Shown here one piece after another: positions 25,457-37,747 of a stretch of 64,000 nt of DNA (its first letter is position 1; every line of letters starts with the position of its first letter). The notes under the pieces were generated by a model, which worked only from the letters and a program-made list of their open reading frames with translations, had not been told where the DNA came from and made no database searches. Position numbers and translations under genes: made by a program. Source of the DNA: Chara braunii (taxonomy: Eukaryota > Plantae > Charophyceae); contig BFEA01000004.1 of assembly GCA_003427395.1 (NCBI GenBank), forward strand, positions 3,628,334 to 3,692,333, written 5' to 3'.

Positions 25457-26550
25457 GTCCCTCATCCTCCCACTGAGCGCGGACATAATGCTATCTTAGT
25501 CGTCGTCGATCACTTCGTGAAGCGTGCACATTTTGTCTCATGCCGCTATCGCATTAGCGCTTGTGAGGTCGTCGACATCGTCTTTGACCGAGTCATGAGA
25601 GATCATGGTTTACCTCAGAACATCATCTCCCACCACGACGCGCGTTTTACCATCACATTCCGGCGACGCCTACATGAGGTGTACGGATCTCAGCTCCGCT
25701 TATCGTCGTCTTACCACCCTCAGACGGATGATCAGACCGAGGTCACCAATAAAACTCTCTGTAATATCCTCCGAAGGTTTATTAGGGATGATCAGCAGTG
25801 GCCTTACACTTAGCCCATGTGGAGATAACGTATAATTATGTTGTTACGTCGGCCACGGGGATGTCGTCATTCTATTACGACCTCGGCTACCACCCTCGTG
25901 TTCCCGCGAATTTCATACGACCGTCGCGGTTGCGCCCAAACACTCGTTGTCCTGCGCTTGGTGTTTGGATCGCCCACATGGGGATGATTATGAGACACAC
26001 ACACAAGAGTCTAGCCAACTCCTAGACTCACATGGCCGCACGAGCGAACCGATCACGAATGAATCATCCATTCCAAGTCGGTGACGTTGTGCGCACGCCA
26101 CTTGCAGCTCGAAGCGGATACACTTCGCAAGTTCAGGTGTCGCTTCTTCGGTCCATACTCACCCTTCAGGTCGTAGGTTCTTATACTGTCGTTAGTCCGG
26201 TCAGCTTCCGTGTGAAGCTACCTGATTACCTTTGACAGACTCGTGTACACAATGTATACCACGTCTCCTTGTTGCGTCCTTATCATAGACCGTTTGAGCG
26301 CTTCGCAGGATGTCCTTATGAGCGCCCTCTACCGATCATGGTGGACAGTCACAAGGAGTTCATCGTTTCGAACATCGTATCTCGCGGAGTTACCAACGAT
26401 ACCCCTCCACGCATCGAGTACCTTGTGCGTTGGAAGGGTTATCATGATGAGGAGGCTACTTGGGAGCCCTTCGAGCATTTGGAGTACGCCCGGATGTTGG
26501 TGCATGCATATGATCGTGCTCGTCGTGCTGAGACATCTGCTCGTACTTAA
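25454..26550 (+). pseudogene. Gypsy integrase core and chromodomain fragments
   Basis: ILVVVDHFVKRAHF, HGLPQNIIS..DARF, SSSYHPQTDDQTEVTN; chromodomain EFIVSNIVSR..IEYLVRWKGYHDEEATWEPFEHL. Confidence 0.93.
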
Positions 26551-28384
26551 CCAATTGACCTTCTTCCTTCTCCTTCGACTGAGCAAAATTGTCATAGACG
26601 AGCCCGCTCCCTCTGAGGCTGTTCTTCAGCAGCATACAGATGCCTCCGCACGTCCACAACGCACTTATCGACGACCTCGGCGTCTCGACGACTGACAGTC
26701 TCATCACTTACCTATCTCCTACCACCGACTCACACATGTACTTCATTATCAGCTTCTTTAGAATGTCATCGTTTTGTGGCTCTGCTTTAACATCTACTGG
26801 ACTCCTACTTCATCGACGTCATCGACCACCTTGCCGACTTCAACCATTTTCTCGACTTCAGCTACTTCATCGGCTTCAACTACTTTGAATGTGATTACTC
26901 CATGCCACCACCCTGCGTTGTGCATTCCCTTGTATGTGTCGCAAAATTGTTCTCACTTAGCTGGTTCTCCCTGAGTTGGGCTCTCCCTTTGTATCGCATA
27001 GGCATTGAGACCGTAGCGTTATCTTGGCTTCCCTGCTCCTAGATCTAGCTTACTCCCTAGTCGGTGAGTTGTGTGCATGTTTCCCTCACCCACTACCCTC
27101 ATCACCCTAATATCGGTCATTGCATGCATTTAGTTAGGCATATCTTCACCCTATCTCGGACTCCCCTTTCATGGTCGACCCATCCCATCTTCGTGTGTGA
27201 CTGCCCTTAGGAGTTTTTATTCTTAGGTTGCATTCACCCCCTCTGAGACCATCCTACTCTTAGTGGTTCAGCGACACTGTGACGACACTATCTTGTGACA
27301 TATTGCTATTTTTTCCTTTCAACACTAAGGTAGTTGCCTGTAGGACTTTAGAGTTGTACCCTGCTACATTTCATTTCCTGCTGTTAACTAGGATGTGTAT
27401 ATCAGACATTTGATTTTGCTATAACATTATGTATCTTAGGCTGCATTGCATGGATTCCGCATCCTAGATTTCTCAACTTTATTGTTTGCAACTTTGCATA
27501 GTTTCGTTGCTTTTGCGAAAGTGTATTTATGACTCTTGCAATCCACTACAGGTCCGAGGATCGTGTAGCGTACCTCTAACTGCCCTGGCTCTATCCGGTT
27601 ATTTTGCATATTCGGTCTGTGTGACCATGTCATGGTCTAACCCCACATGACATGTGCTCATCCAGACCAGTCCAATCCTACCTGGTACCACTGTCGGTGT
27701 CAGCATGAATACCTTTACAAAGGTATTCGAGCATCTTTTTGCACCTCACACAAGTGGCACCTGTGGCGGTACTTAAAGCAGCCAGTCACATAAGTGTTGT
27801 GAAGCCCACGACCAATTCTTTGTAGCAGGAATGGAGGGCACACACGAGATGGAACAAGAGAGTGTGTGGACGTGTGAGCTTAAGGCGCGGGTGGTTCGTG
27901 TACCATACGCTAGTAGTCGTGATTATAAGGTTTTTATTTTAATTGAAAACTTAGATTAAAAAATATATATATAAGTTGGTCGTTGTACACGAACGACCAT
28001 AGGCAGGGCCGACCATCTGTGCGGAAAAGGTGCCGACTTTGGCGGTCAGCAGACCGACTGGTAGGCCAAGATGTGGCCTTGGGGTACTTTGGTGAGGCAA
28101 CGAAGTGAGCAAAACCTGTTTATATGAGTTTCCGTTAATGTTAATACCACTCTTGGGCATACCACTATTGGTTACACTGTTGGATTTACGTACGGCAAGT
28201 TCAAGGATCAAGGCCAGCAAGAAGCGATGACAAGGTGGTGGAGTGGAATGCAGGACATTAAGGGGTTGAGGGTCTGACGGGGCTGTCCCCTTCAGTTTCG
28301 ATGCCAACCACGACAACAGGTCTTACTAGTGGGACCAAAAGGGGTGTTAGCGGTCCCCTCTCTTCCCCGACCTCCACTTATCTT

Positions 28385-28448
<64 letters not shown>

Positions 28449-30894
28449 CCAGGACCGGTACCTGTGTTGGTACTGGGACCGATATTGGAACTAATGAACT
28501 TAGCTTAATTGGTACACCCATAAACTGTCGAAATGCAGGCCCTCGTGACCCGTCCGATCCAAACGAAAAACACTATCGAGCGGGGAGTTGGCTATGGCGG
28601 AACATTTGTTAAAAGATAACACGAATGTCATAGGATGACCTCAACGAGGACAAAAATCTCGCTTAGAGCAAATGAGCAAAAACTCATTTTATTCTGATTT
28701 TCAGTTCATATACAAGCAGTGGGACCATGGGCTGCGAGGTGAGGCGAAAGGTGGTCGTCAGTGGAAACAAGGAGGAAGAAGTCGATGACAAGGACAAGCA
28801 CGACAAGGAGGGGCACATGTTAAAGGAACTTTTATTCGCCTGTTTCTTAGCGGAAACGAGTCCGCGAAAGCTCAACCCTGAGGTTTCGACCCTGGGCGAG
28901 GTGGAAGGTGAGGTAAGTATGGCTGTTGGGTTAGTAGGATAGGAGATAGTTGTGAGAGGAGGTGCGCGGAGTTACTGCGTGAATGGAGATGACAAATGTG
29001 CGAAATAATGATCTCGCTCGATTCTTGGTAGGATCGAGCGATACAAGGTGTTAGATAGGGGTTTTTCACACAAGTGACCACGAATCCGCGTACTAATTTG
29101 GACGAGAGTTAGTAAGGAAGGATGTAGAAAGAAAAGAGGATGTCTTAAGAAGACGAGAGGAGCGACAAGGAAGTAGGGGAAGGTCGATGTGCACGGTCAT
29201 TTCGAAACCGGATGTTGGCGATCTAAAAAGTGGTGCATGGGGGTATTGGCACAGCACGAGTCGGTTGGCAATGTTAGGTTTTAAACTGGAGGTGTAATTG
29301 CAAATAGAAAGAGTTCCGCCATGGGAGCCAAAGAAACAAAAATAAAAATTAAAGTCACGTGCCTTTCTGCCTTCTAGCGGAAGATTCATTCTCATTTTGC
29401 ACATTTGGAGAGTAGTGGATCGGTCGGGTGGTGCTCCTGGTGGTCGGCCTGATCATCGTTGTCTGGGCAGTCTTTTCTTTCGTCAATAACGTTGGCGATC
29501 GTTTTGAAGGCGATGATCATTGTGACCAGTCGTGGAGATTTTCTGCTTCAGGACGCGCCCCTCCCCTTCGTACCGTGATCTTATCTTACTCGCGGTTGAG
29601 GTTCTGTAAGTGATAGTGCAGTTAGTTGCTGCGTTGTTCATCGTATGATTCCATGGTGTGTACGTCCACTCCAGTCTCTGTACTGCGTGCTACGATGTGC
29701 ACATGAACGTGGATCTAGACTAGATGCATTGACTTAGAAGGAAGGGAGGGTGTAGATGTGTAGCTAGGAGTTGGCGACGTATATTCCCATGTTCTAGCAG
29801 AAGATCCATTCTCACATTTCATAATCGGTAAATAGAGGGACGAGGAGAAAGATAAAAGGGGGGGAGAGATACCTGGGGTTGTCTGCAGTTTACATAAACA
29901 TCATCAACCTTTACCTTGGTCTTCAACTTTTAAGTAATCCCAGTTGAATGTCGTAGTGGTAGGCTAGATAGGTAACTTGTAGTAATAGGATGGGCGTTGA
30001 GTGCTATATCAGGAGGAGAACGTTGTCTTCCTTGTTGATAACGACGGTGCGAGGTGGATCAGTCGAACTATGCTGACAACCTGTAGGAATCTGACTGGGA
30101 AGTGTGGTCGGATGCATTAAAGATAAACCTTGATCGTCCGTTGGTTGTGGGCGTCTTAGAAGTGGTCGTCACGCAAATCCGATTGATGGTCTTGTCAGGA
30201 TCCGAGTGGGGAACTGACTATCATCTGTGCTCATTAATTTGATTGTTGACTGAGGCTCGATACTACTACCACACAACATTTCGTTATGTCTCATTTGACA
30301 CTATGTTTTCTTTCTCTTCTTCTCGCTGTTTCATTACGCTAGTTGAGTTTGGTGACATCATTGTCGGTGGATCCACTTGCGTTCTCATAAGGTTTATTGA
30401 TGTGTTGTCGATATTTCAAGGTAGAGCTGAAGTCCGCCGCTACTGCAGAGTAAAAGTTGTCGTGCTCCTTCTTCGTTGAGCCCTACTGCTAACTAGTTGT
30501 GTTGGGGTTCGTTGAGTTGTTGTCCGCTGAGCCAGTTAAACTTGCTCATCGCCAAAGATGATCTTCGATGTGGTTTGTGACTGTTGGTGTTGAATCCCGA
30601 TGAGTGTGACTGTTGATGATTAAGCACAACGTCTGCTGTGTTTTGGATTGCTGAGTTTTGGGTTGTCGTGTTTCAAGTGTGTTTTGCTGAGTACTAAAGT
30701 TGCGTGGTTGTTGTGTTTTGTGTGTTACATCGCTGCACTTTTGATGTACAGTACCACAATCTACTATATGGTATTATATACTACTACGACAACATGCTGT
30801 TATAAACAGTTGTTGTACGAGTAGTCTCAGTTGGGAGTTTGCTAAATTTTGGCTGCATTTTGAGTAGAGCAAAGGGTGATGCTCTATTTGAAAG

Positions 30895-31238
30895 AACATT
30901 CATTTCGTCAAAACGAACATATTATATTTTTTGAACAAAATTAAAATTGAGTTCTTGGGCCGAAATCTAGTCCAAATTTTTGGCTCCTTAGATGTATTTG
31001 GAGCCCCTAGATGTATTTGGTCATAGCTTGAGACTACATACATCTAGGGGGTTCCGAGAACGTCGGACCCCCTAAATGTATTTGGTCATAGCTTGAGACT
31101 ACATCCATCTAGGGGGTCCGACGTTCTAGGAACGCCGGACCCCCAAGAGCCAAAACTTTGGACCAGATTTCGGCAAAAAAACTCAATTTTAATTTCGTTC
31201 AAGAAATATAATATGTTCATTTTGATGAAATGGTTGTT
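30895..31238. mobile_element. Palindromic MITE of the AAC...GTT family with 4-bp TSD AAAG
   Basis: AAAG-AACATTCATTTCGTCAAAACG ... CATTTTGATGAAATGGTTGTT-AAAG. It has no counterpart in LTR-like copy 2. Confidence 0.9.
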
Positions 31239-31912
31239 AAAGCGGTTCTTCGAAGCTGCGTAGTAGCAACTTGGTCAGGGGGAGTGACATCGAAGCTTAA
31301 GGGAGCGGTCAGGCATCTGCGAGAGGGTCATTGTTGTCAAGAGAAAAACCGTTAGGGTGTTGTTATACAACTTTTGGTTGCGGATTGACTGACTTGCTAC
31401 GCATTTTGACCACTATTGTGGGGCTCTCAGACATGCTGAGATTTCAATGCCCTCTCTTTGCAAGTTGAGTTTGTTTCATTTTTGTATCTCAAGAGTCTGA
31501 AACTCCTTACGTCTTTCTTATTATAAGTCTAGTCTGTGGTTACGAGAGGAAGGTGGCAGGCGGGATTGGAAATCCGTAGGACCGCATCAAGGGCATGTGG
31601 GAGGTCCGCCCACCGATTGCAGGAACTTTGTCGGAACTCAAGGGGAGTTATGGAGACAGGGAATTATCGTGTAATTTTCTTTGCCTTGTGTGAACCACTA
31701 TACCCCTATTTTATTACATCTCTCTAATCTGATTGAAATGTATGCGTGCAACCTTATCTTTTATTGATTTTTTATGGAACTTAATCAGATTGAGTAAAAG
31801 AAAAGATTGTGTGAATCCTGCTTTGCATTGTTGCCTGAAGTCAGACAAACGGGAATGAATTAGGGGAAGGTGGAAGAAATGTGGTCCTGATTGAGAATGT
31901 GGGTCACAAAAA

Positions 31913-32640
31913 GGGCAGGCATGTTTCTAAGTTAAATGAACTGATCGTGATGAATTTTTTTTTACTTGTTTTTTTATGGGTCAGACACTGTTTCTAAGTT
32001 GAATGGTCTTATTGTTATGGTTGTGCTTTGGGGTGTGCATAGTTTGGTTTTGAGGCCAAACATTGTTTCTGAGTTGAATGACTTGACCTACTTGCTTTTT
32101 TTTTTAAGGTTTCTAAACGAACCCCGACATGTTTCTAAGTTGAATAACAAAGAAATCTCTTCTTTTCTTGAAGTTCTAAGAAGTAGGGTTGAGTATTGTT
32201 TCTAAGTTGAATTACTCAAACTCTTCTTGTATGTTCTTTTGAGCGGATTCAGGCTTAGACTAAGTATTGTTTCAAATTTGAATGACTTAGTCTTACAAGT
32301 CGGTCGGATAGGGTTTTAAACTTGAATCAAGGTGAATAATCTTACTAAAGCTTATCATTAAAGGAAGAGAGTATGAAATTAAAAATATAACAAAGATACT
32401 TAGGTAGGTTGAACATTGTTTCTAAGTTGAATGACTCAACGTTATGCCTTGTTGAACATATGAGGATAAAAAAAATACTTCAAATTTGAGCTATTAAATG
32501 GTCAGGGTTGGCACAACAGGGTTTCTAAGTTGAATGATTTGGTCATATCCAAATTAAAAAAAAAGTTTTATTGTGCCATGTGTTTTGTTTATAATTATGG
32601 CGAGACTTAACATTGTTTCTAAGTTGAATGATGTAGCCTA
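31913..32640 (-). repeat. Array of ~9 conserved-loop hairpins with unique spacers (copy 1)
   Basis: The core TGTTTCTAAGTTGAATG (up to 2 mismatches) starts at 31922, 31989, 32064, 32130, 32197, 32268, 32417, 32520 and 32614. Several cores are flanked by unit-specific inverted repeats. Confidence 0.9.
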
Positions 32641-32919
32641 TAAGACGTGAAGTAAATTATTGTATTAGGGTTTATCTAACTAAGAGATAATGAACTACTT
32701 ATATATTAAAAATAACCTGGAATTTTGGTGAGAGTACTTACTCATTGTGGTATGGCTTTGCATATGAATTGAGTATAAGCTCTGCCTAATTTTAGTCATT
32801 GATTTGGTAGGTAGTCACTTTAAAGCTCGCCATGTGCTGGAGCGATAGAAGATGACTTTGATTTCACATATCTTCTGTGTTAAGAATTGGACTTGTACGA
32901 TTTGAGATACCAACTCTCT

Positions 32920-33530
32920 AAAGTAGTTGCTGCCGAAAATTATACAAGATCTAAGAAGTTATGTAATTTTGCAGGCTTTGCATAATAAAATTGTCCAACT
33001 TATTTTTTAATTAGTATAAATTTGACACTGTGTCTTCTCTAAATGAGATGTTGTTCAAATTTTAACTAATTCAAGGAGTTTGGCATATCCTTCTATACAA
33101 AGTTATAGGTTTTTGTCTACTTCACATTTCTGAGTCAGTAGGGATATGAGAAGCTACCTGCTCTAAAGGAGATGTTATCCAAATTTTTACTAATTGAGGG
33201 CGTTAGATAAAATTTGTCTTTGAAAAAGTAAGAAAATTTTTATGACCCGAATCTAGATTAGTATAAATTTTTTTATAGTACTTTCCTATGGGAGGTGATG
33301 CCCAAATGTTTGCTAATCTGAGGAGTCAGATAAAATTATGACATTTTTGAGTTATAAGTTTTCTGGGATTCTCATGTTTTAAATCTTATATAAATTCTGC
33401 GAAAGCACTTTTCTTACGGGAAGTGCTTCCGAAATTTCATGAAATTTAAGGAAGTTAAAATATTTTAGGACTTTGAAAGTTTGACGATCTACCCTTGCTA
33501 AAGGAGATGCTGACAAAATTCTTGATATTT
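32920..33530 (-). repeat. Diverged ~124-bp tandem array in the LTR-like module (copy 1)
   Basis: GATG....CAAAT..T..CTAAT...GG.GTT.GATAAAATT-like motifs near 32931, 33047, 33171, 33297 and 33423. Confidence 0.75.
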
Positions 33531-35300
33531 TTAAGACAAGTGTAAGAGATAAGGTAAGAAGGTAAGATTGTTCCATAGTCCCTTAAGCATAGCTTGGGTA
33601 CTGACCTGTGTTGTATTGCATGACATTTTGTTTCAGATTGTTTCAAGGCTTGACTAGCTTCAGGCTGATCCTAGGAGGATCATCTTCTGTTATCTTTTAT
33701 TAACAAGTCGGTTTTCGGCTTAACTCTAATTCATTCTCGCTAATTAACCTAAGGCCTTACCTCCTGTGGGTTGATTTTTTTTTTTTATCGGGAATTTTAT
33801 TAAATGACCATTTAAAAGAGATTGGGTGCTCTTCTTCTGGAAGGTTGGACAAAGGTGGGGCCTTGTTTGACTAAGGCAAGAGGTGAGTACAAAAAATGGT
33901 TGAATTTTTATGCGATCATGTGCATATTTTAAAGGGAGTCACATTGTGATTGTGAGAGTGATCGCGCCGTGTCCAATGAACCCGTTATATTTATGTTTCT
34001 GAGTACTCGCGAGGTCTACTTTCACCATGCACGAGGATTGAGCAGACTTCTACCGAGAGAAAAGAAAGATTCACTTTTATTTTTGCTTTCTGGATTTTTA
34101 TAGTTGGACGTTGAGGTCCGTGGCGACTTTCAAAGTCAAACCCCTTGACCTGTATCCAGACCTCTGACGATGGAGCCCCGTTCCCAGAGTTAGAGACGTT
34201 TGACCACCACTAAGGGTCGAAGCCGCCTACCCCTCCTCTCCGCAGTATGCAGAAGAGGGTAGGTCTCGCAATCACATATGCAATTGTCTAGCGTTAAGGA
34301 ATTAATCCCTCAGGACGCGGGTCATCCGACACTTGAGCGCCGAAAACGACCCTAAAAATCTTTGAAAATCGTGTGGTCAGGGGTACCACATAGTTCACCA
34401 TGATTGTGACAGCTTGCGTACTCATGCATGGCTGGTGGACATGGAAAAGTTTACGTTGCCGTGATATTTATTCAGAGTTTTGTGAGCGATGCCCGCCTAA
34501 TTCCTTCGTCGAAAGTTATGAGTTGAATGTTAACAATGGACTAGGCGTGATTTACGTATGAAGCTTGATTTTGTCTTGTGAAGTGTGTCGCGTGGTTAGA
34601 TTGGTCATCCTAGTCGACTGACGTAGGATCGCATTCGAGAAATCAGCATCTCGGGCGACGATTCGTCCACGGGTCTGATTCGGGCGTTAACCGGGCGTAC
34701 CCCCTATGCTACAACGAACGAGAAATGTCGTCGGCTCAACCACCTCTGCGATCGCATATAAAAAGTTTTCGTACATGGTTTGATAGCTTGGCGGGGATAC
34801 ACCCACCTAAGGGATGGTGACAAGTCTTATGGGTGGAGGTAAGTTGTACCTCGTGGGACCCTATCCTGTCGTAGGGGTTCGCGAGAGGTATGGCTGACGC
34901 ACTTGGCCGGAGCGGCAATGCTCTGCGACGAACTTATGCAAATCCTGCGTGACACAGTCGGGAGGCCCTTGCGGGACCAATGCGCTTGACATCGGTACCA
35001 GGCCAATCCAGTCCAGTCCATCCAGTCCAGTCAGTCAGCTAGGGGTATACCCCAACTGCAGTCTATTTCAGTATCCTTCTTCACTTGCACAGTTTGGAGT
35101 ACGTGCGTGTTGAGTCTGTGTTGGAGTTGCGCTGGTCCTTCCAGCTCCATCCCCATCTCCCCCATCCTCATCCCTTCGTCTTGATCTTGATGGACCGCCA
35201 TCCCGGCGGGTCTGTCACAGTCTGCCTTTGATTCGAACTTATAAGTCATTCGAAGTGTCACACTGTGTTCGGCAGCTTCACCTTGATAAGTTTACCCATC

Positions 35301-35394
35301 TTTTTTTCTTTTTTTTTTCAGTGCAGGAAGCTCCAGTCTATTGGTGGGGAGCTGCACCTGCTGGAAAACGGGTTCAGCGTCCCCTGGGATACAT
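35301..35394 (-). mobile_element. Retroposon 3' module (conserved head plus A-tail)
   Basis: CTATTGGTGGGGAGCTGCACCTGCTGGAAAACGGGTTCAGCGTCCC next to a T-rich run. Confidence 0.75.
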
Positions 35395-35466
35395 CTCTAA
35401 CTCCTCCCCCGCCATTCCTCCAAGTTCTCCTCGTTTGCCATCTCCGACATCCTCTTGCCTGCCACT

Positions 35467-35468
<2 letters not shown>

Positions 35469-35512
<44 letters not shown>

Positions 35513-35627
35513 NNNNNNNNNNNNNNNNNNNNNNNNNNNNNNNNNNNNNNNNNNNNNNNNNNNNNNNNNNNNNNNNNNNNNNNNNNNNNNNNNNNNNNNN
35601 NNNNNNNNNNNNNNNNNNNNNNNNNNN

Positions 35628-35674
<47 letters not shown>
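35469..35674. repeat. (CT)n microsatellite spanning an assembly gap
   Basis: (TC)n on both sides of an N-run. Confidence 0.95.
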
Positions 35675-35677
<3 letters not shown>

Positions 35678-35819
35678 GCACAGAGCTCAACTACTAAAAC
35701 AATAGTGCCATCCCCCCAAATAGAACGCACGTCCATTATCTGTATATCTAGACAGAAAGCTGCTCCAGAAAATTACAGTCATATTGGCTGTGACTTCTCT
35801 TCAACGCACGTTTTTTAAA

Positions 35820-36097
35820 GAGGCAAGGGCCAGGGTGCAAAATGCAAAGATGACCTGGGCCAGAAGTGGTAAAACAAAAAATAAATAGGGTCTGGGAAAA
35901 GTTGGCAAGTACCGGGAGATTTTGCACAGATGGACAGTACCCGGTAGGGGTATTTTGCAAAGATGGCAGGTCCAACCGACACTAGGGGCATTTCACAAAA
36001 CAATTTTTGTGTCCGAGGGGTATTCTGCTCTACCCACATCTTTTAGGCGCATTTTGGTATATGTCTCAACTTATAGGGGTATTTGGCAAATCATCCC
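35820..36097 (-). mobile_element. Mutator-like terminal region with subterminal repeats
   Basis: Repeated AGGGG(T/C)ATT(T/C) motifs, ending on minus in GGGATGATTTGCCAAATACCCC, which resembles MULE TIR ends. No partner end was found. Confidence 0.45.
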
Positions 36098-36180
36098 AAA
36101 AAGAAAAGGAAAATGTGTACTAAAAGGGAAAAAGAAACAACGTGGAATTTCTGAAATTTCTGGGGAACGAAAAGGTCAGC

Positions 36181-36975
36181 AGCCTAGCTCAGTTGGTAAG
36201 GCACACAAGTGGCATTCAGGAGGTCGCGGGTTCAAACTCCATTTCCTCATGTAACTTCCCAGGCAGACTCGGTGTCCAGCATAGAGAGGTGGCCCTTTGG
36301 CCTTCCCAGTCGGCATTAAAGCACCGGTACATGGGCACCTGGGCCGCGGGTCTGACACCTCAAATGCTGAAGGCGCGAAATGAAAGCACGGCTGAAGATC
36401 GAATTTATCAACAGCGGGCCCAGCGTTTAACGTTTCGGCCTCGTTTTCTTGTGCAAGCAAGTTTCGGGCTGCAAGGCTGGGGCGGTGTAAATGGGCACCT
36501 GGGCCACGGGTCTGACACCTCAAATTCTGGAGGCGCAAAACGAAAACGCGGCCGCCGATCGAGTTTATCAACGGCGGGCCCAGCATTTGGCATTTCGGCC
36601 TCGTTTTCTTGTGGCGACAAGTTTCAGACTGCAAGGCTGGGGCCTTGTACTTGTGGTTTAAGCAGAGACTGCTGATGTTCGTAGGGGGAGGGGAATGGAG
36701 GGGAGACACAGAGATTGGTCCAGATGGCATGGTCTCTGACGCTACCAGCTGACCTCGAGGCCAGTATCACCTACCAGCTGGTGGGTGCAGCCCCCACATG
36801 TTCCTTTGTTGGAGACATTGAACATGCCCTTTTCTCGGTAGAAGGGGGGGGGGGGGAGGCATTGGACATGGATATGGCGGCTACAGGGTTCCGTAATACT
36901 ATAATTATGAAAAAAGGCCTGAAAGGCTGAAAGGCTGTCCTGTCCACATTTGACAGGTAATTGAATTGGTTGGGT
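36181..36975 (+). mobile_element. tRNA-derived SINE, copy 1, with a nested TTAA element
   Basis: A-box TAGCTCAGTTGG and B-box GGTTCAAACTCC. Body and tail are colinear with the 37748 copy. Confidence 0.85.
36320..36657. mobile_element. TTAA-flanked TIR element with an internal 160-bp tandem duplication
   Basis: TTAA at 36316-36319 and 36658-36661. The empty site GGCATTGAGCAGAG is seen in SINE copy 2. Duplicated units start ATGGGCACCTGGGCC at 36331 and 36491. Confidence 0.85.
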
Positions 36976-37075
36976 TTAAACCACTCGTACCTCTGCCATT
37001 GTTGGGAAATTACGAGTTTTAGCCTGTTCCGGAAGATCTGATGGCTTGTCTTCAACTGGGCATAGGGCCTCTCTC

Positions 37076-37198
37076 CACTACTCAACATTCTAGATGTATG
37101 TCGGAGCTCACATGGACCAGATACATACAGACAGATCCAACTTTTTGGATGTATTTGGACTATTCCTCGATCCAGATACGTTTGGATGTTGAGTAGTG
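37076..37198. mobile_element. 123-bp CACTA (EnSpm)-type MITE
   Basis: TIR CACTACTCAACAT / ATGTTGAGTAGTG, with TC on both flanks. Confidence 0.8.
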
Positions 37199-37747
37199 TC
37201 TGATTTTGCCTGGTGAACAGCTTCGGAGTTCAGCGGGCCCCACCATCTTGCCCCGAAGGGAAGGAACTCGTGATGTTTTTTTTTTTTTTTTTTTTTACTC
37301 GTGATGCTTAGAAACCAAAGAGAAAACAGAGGAATTATATAGCTGTATTAAGGCCAACTTTCAGGCCAGAAACATTGATGGGTTGCCATACCTAATAATT
37401 GTTGTAAGCTGAACAGCATGTCTGGTACCTCAGCTTGACAACTCCGTCGTGTGAGGATAAGCGCTGTCATTATAGATGTATTCAGGACCATTCTATGTCC
37501 AGATACATTCACCTACAAGTCTCAGGCTCTGTCGTCAGGTGATGCCTCCAGCCTGACACTGCTGGCTGTCAGAACAGGGGTTCAGCATTTCTTACCAGGG
37601 GAGCTCGGTTGGTGTTTACTGGCCGCTGTATCTGTGTGTGAGTTTTTGGTTTTTAATATCTGTGTGAGTTTCCATCAGGGGGCTTGTGAAAGGGCCTGTG
37701 TTTAAAAAAAAAAAAAAAAAAAAAAGAAAGGGCCTGTGTTATCCACC

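Larger units (their letters stand above)
18043..27430 (+). mobile_element. Degenerate Ty3/Gypsy chromovirus-type retrotransposon with nested insertions (outer limits approximate)
   Basis: Order on plus: Pro-rich gag, protease remnant (EYDFILDTPW), RT, RNase H, integrase, chromodomain. Confidence 0.93.
30400..34954 (-). mobile_element. Long non-coding LTR-like module, copy 1 (left limit uncertain)
   Basis: On minus it begins TGTCACGCAGGATTTG at 34954. Colinear reverse-complement similarity to 46146-50716 in blocks, e.g. 34805-34910 vs 46212-46320, 32727-32840 vs 48475-48590, 31525-31620 vs 49705-49810. Confidence 0.8.

Noticed and set aside
31913-32640. Bona fide CRISPR array (repeat-spacer look; core contains GTTTC...TTGAA)
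   Set aside because: Eukaryotic TE context with no cas genes. The core is only 17-19 nt, spacing is irregular (66-149 bp), and the palindromy lies in the variable flanks rather than the repeat. Reported instead as a hairpin array.
35228-35818. ORFs running through N gaps (also at 39.6-40.1 kb and 42.1-42.7 kb)
   Set aside because: Open only because of microsatellites and unresolved bases.
36181-36250. Functional tRNA genes here and at 37748
   Set aside because: A and B boxes are present, but the acceptor and anticodon stems are poor, and both run into a shared non-tRNA body with an A-tail. These are SINE heads.
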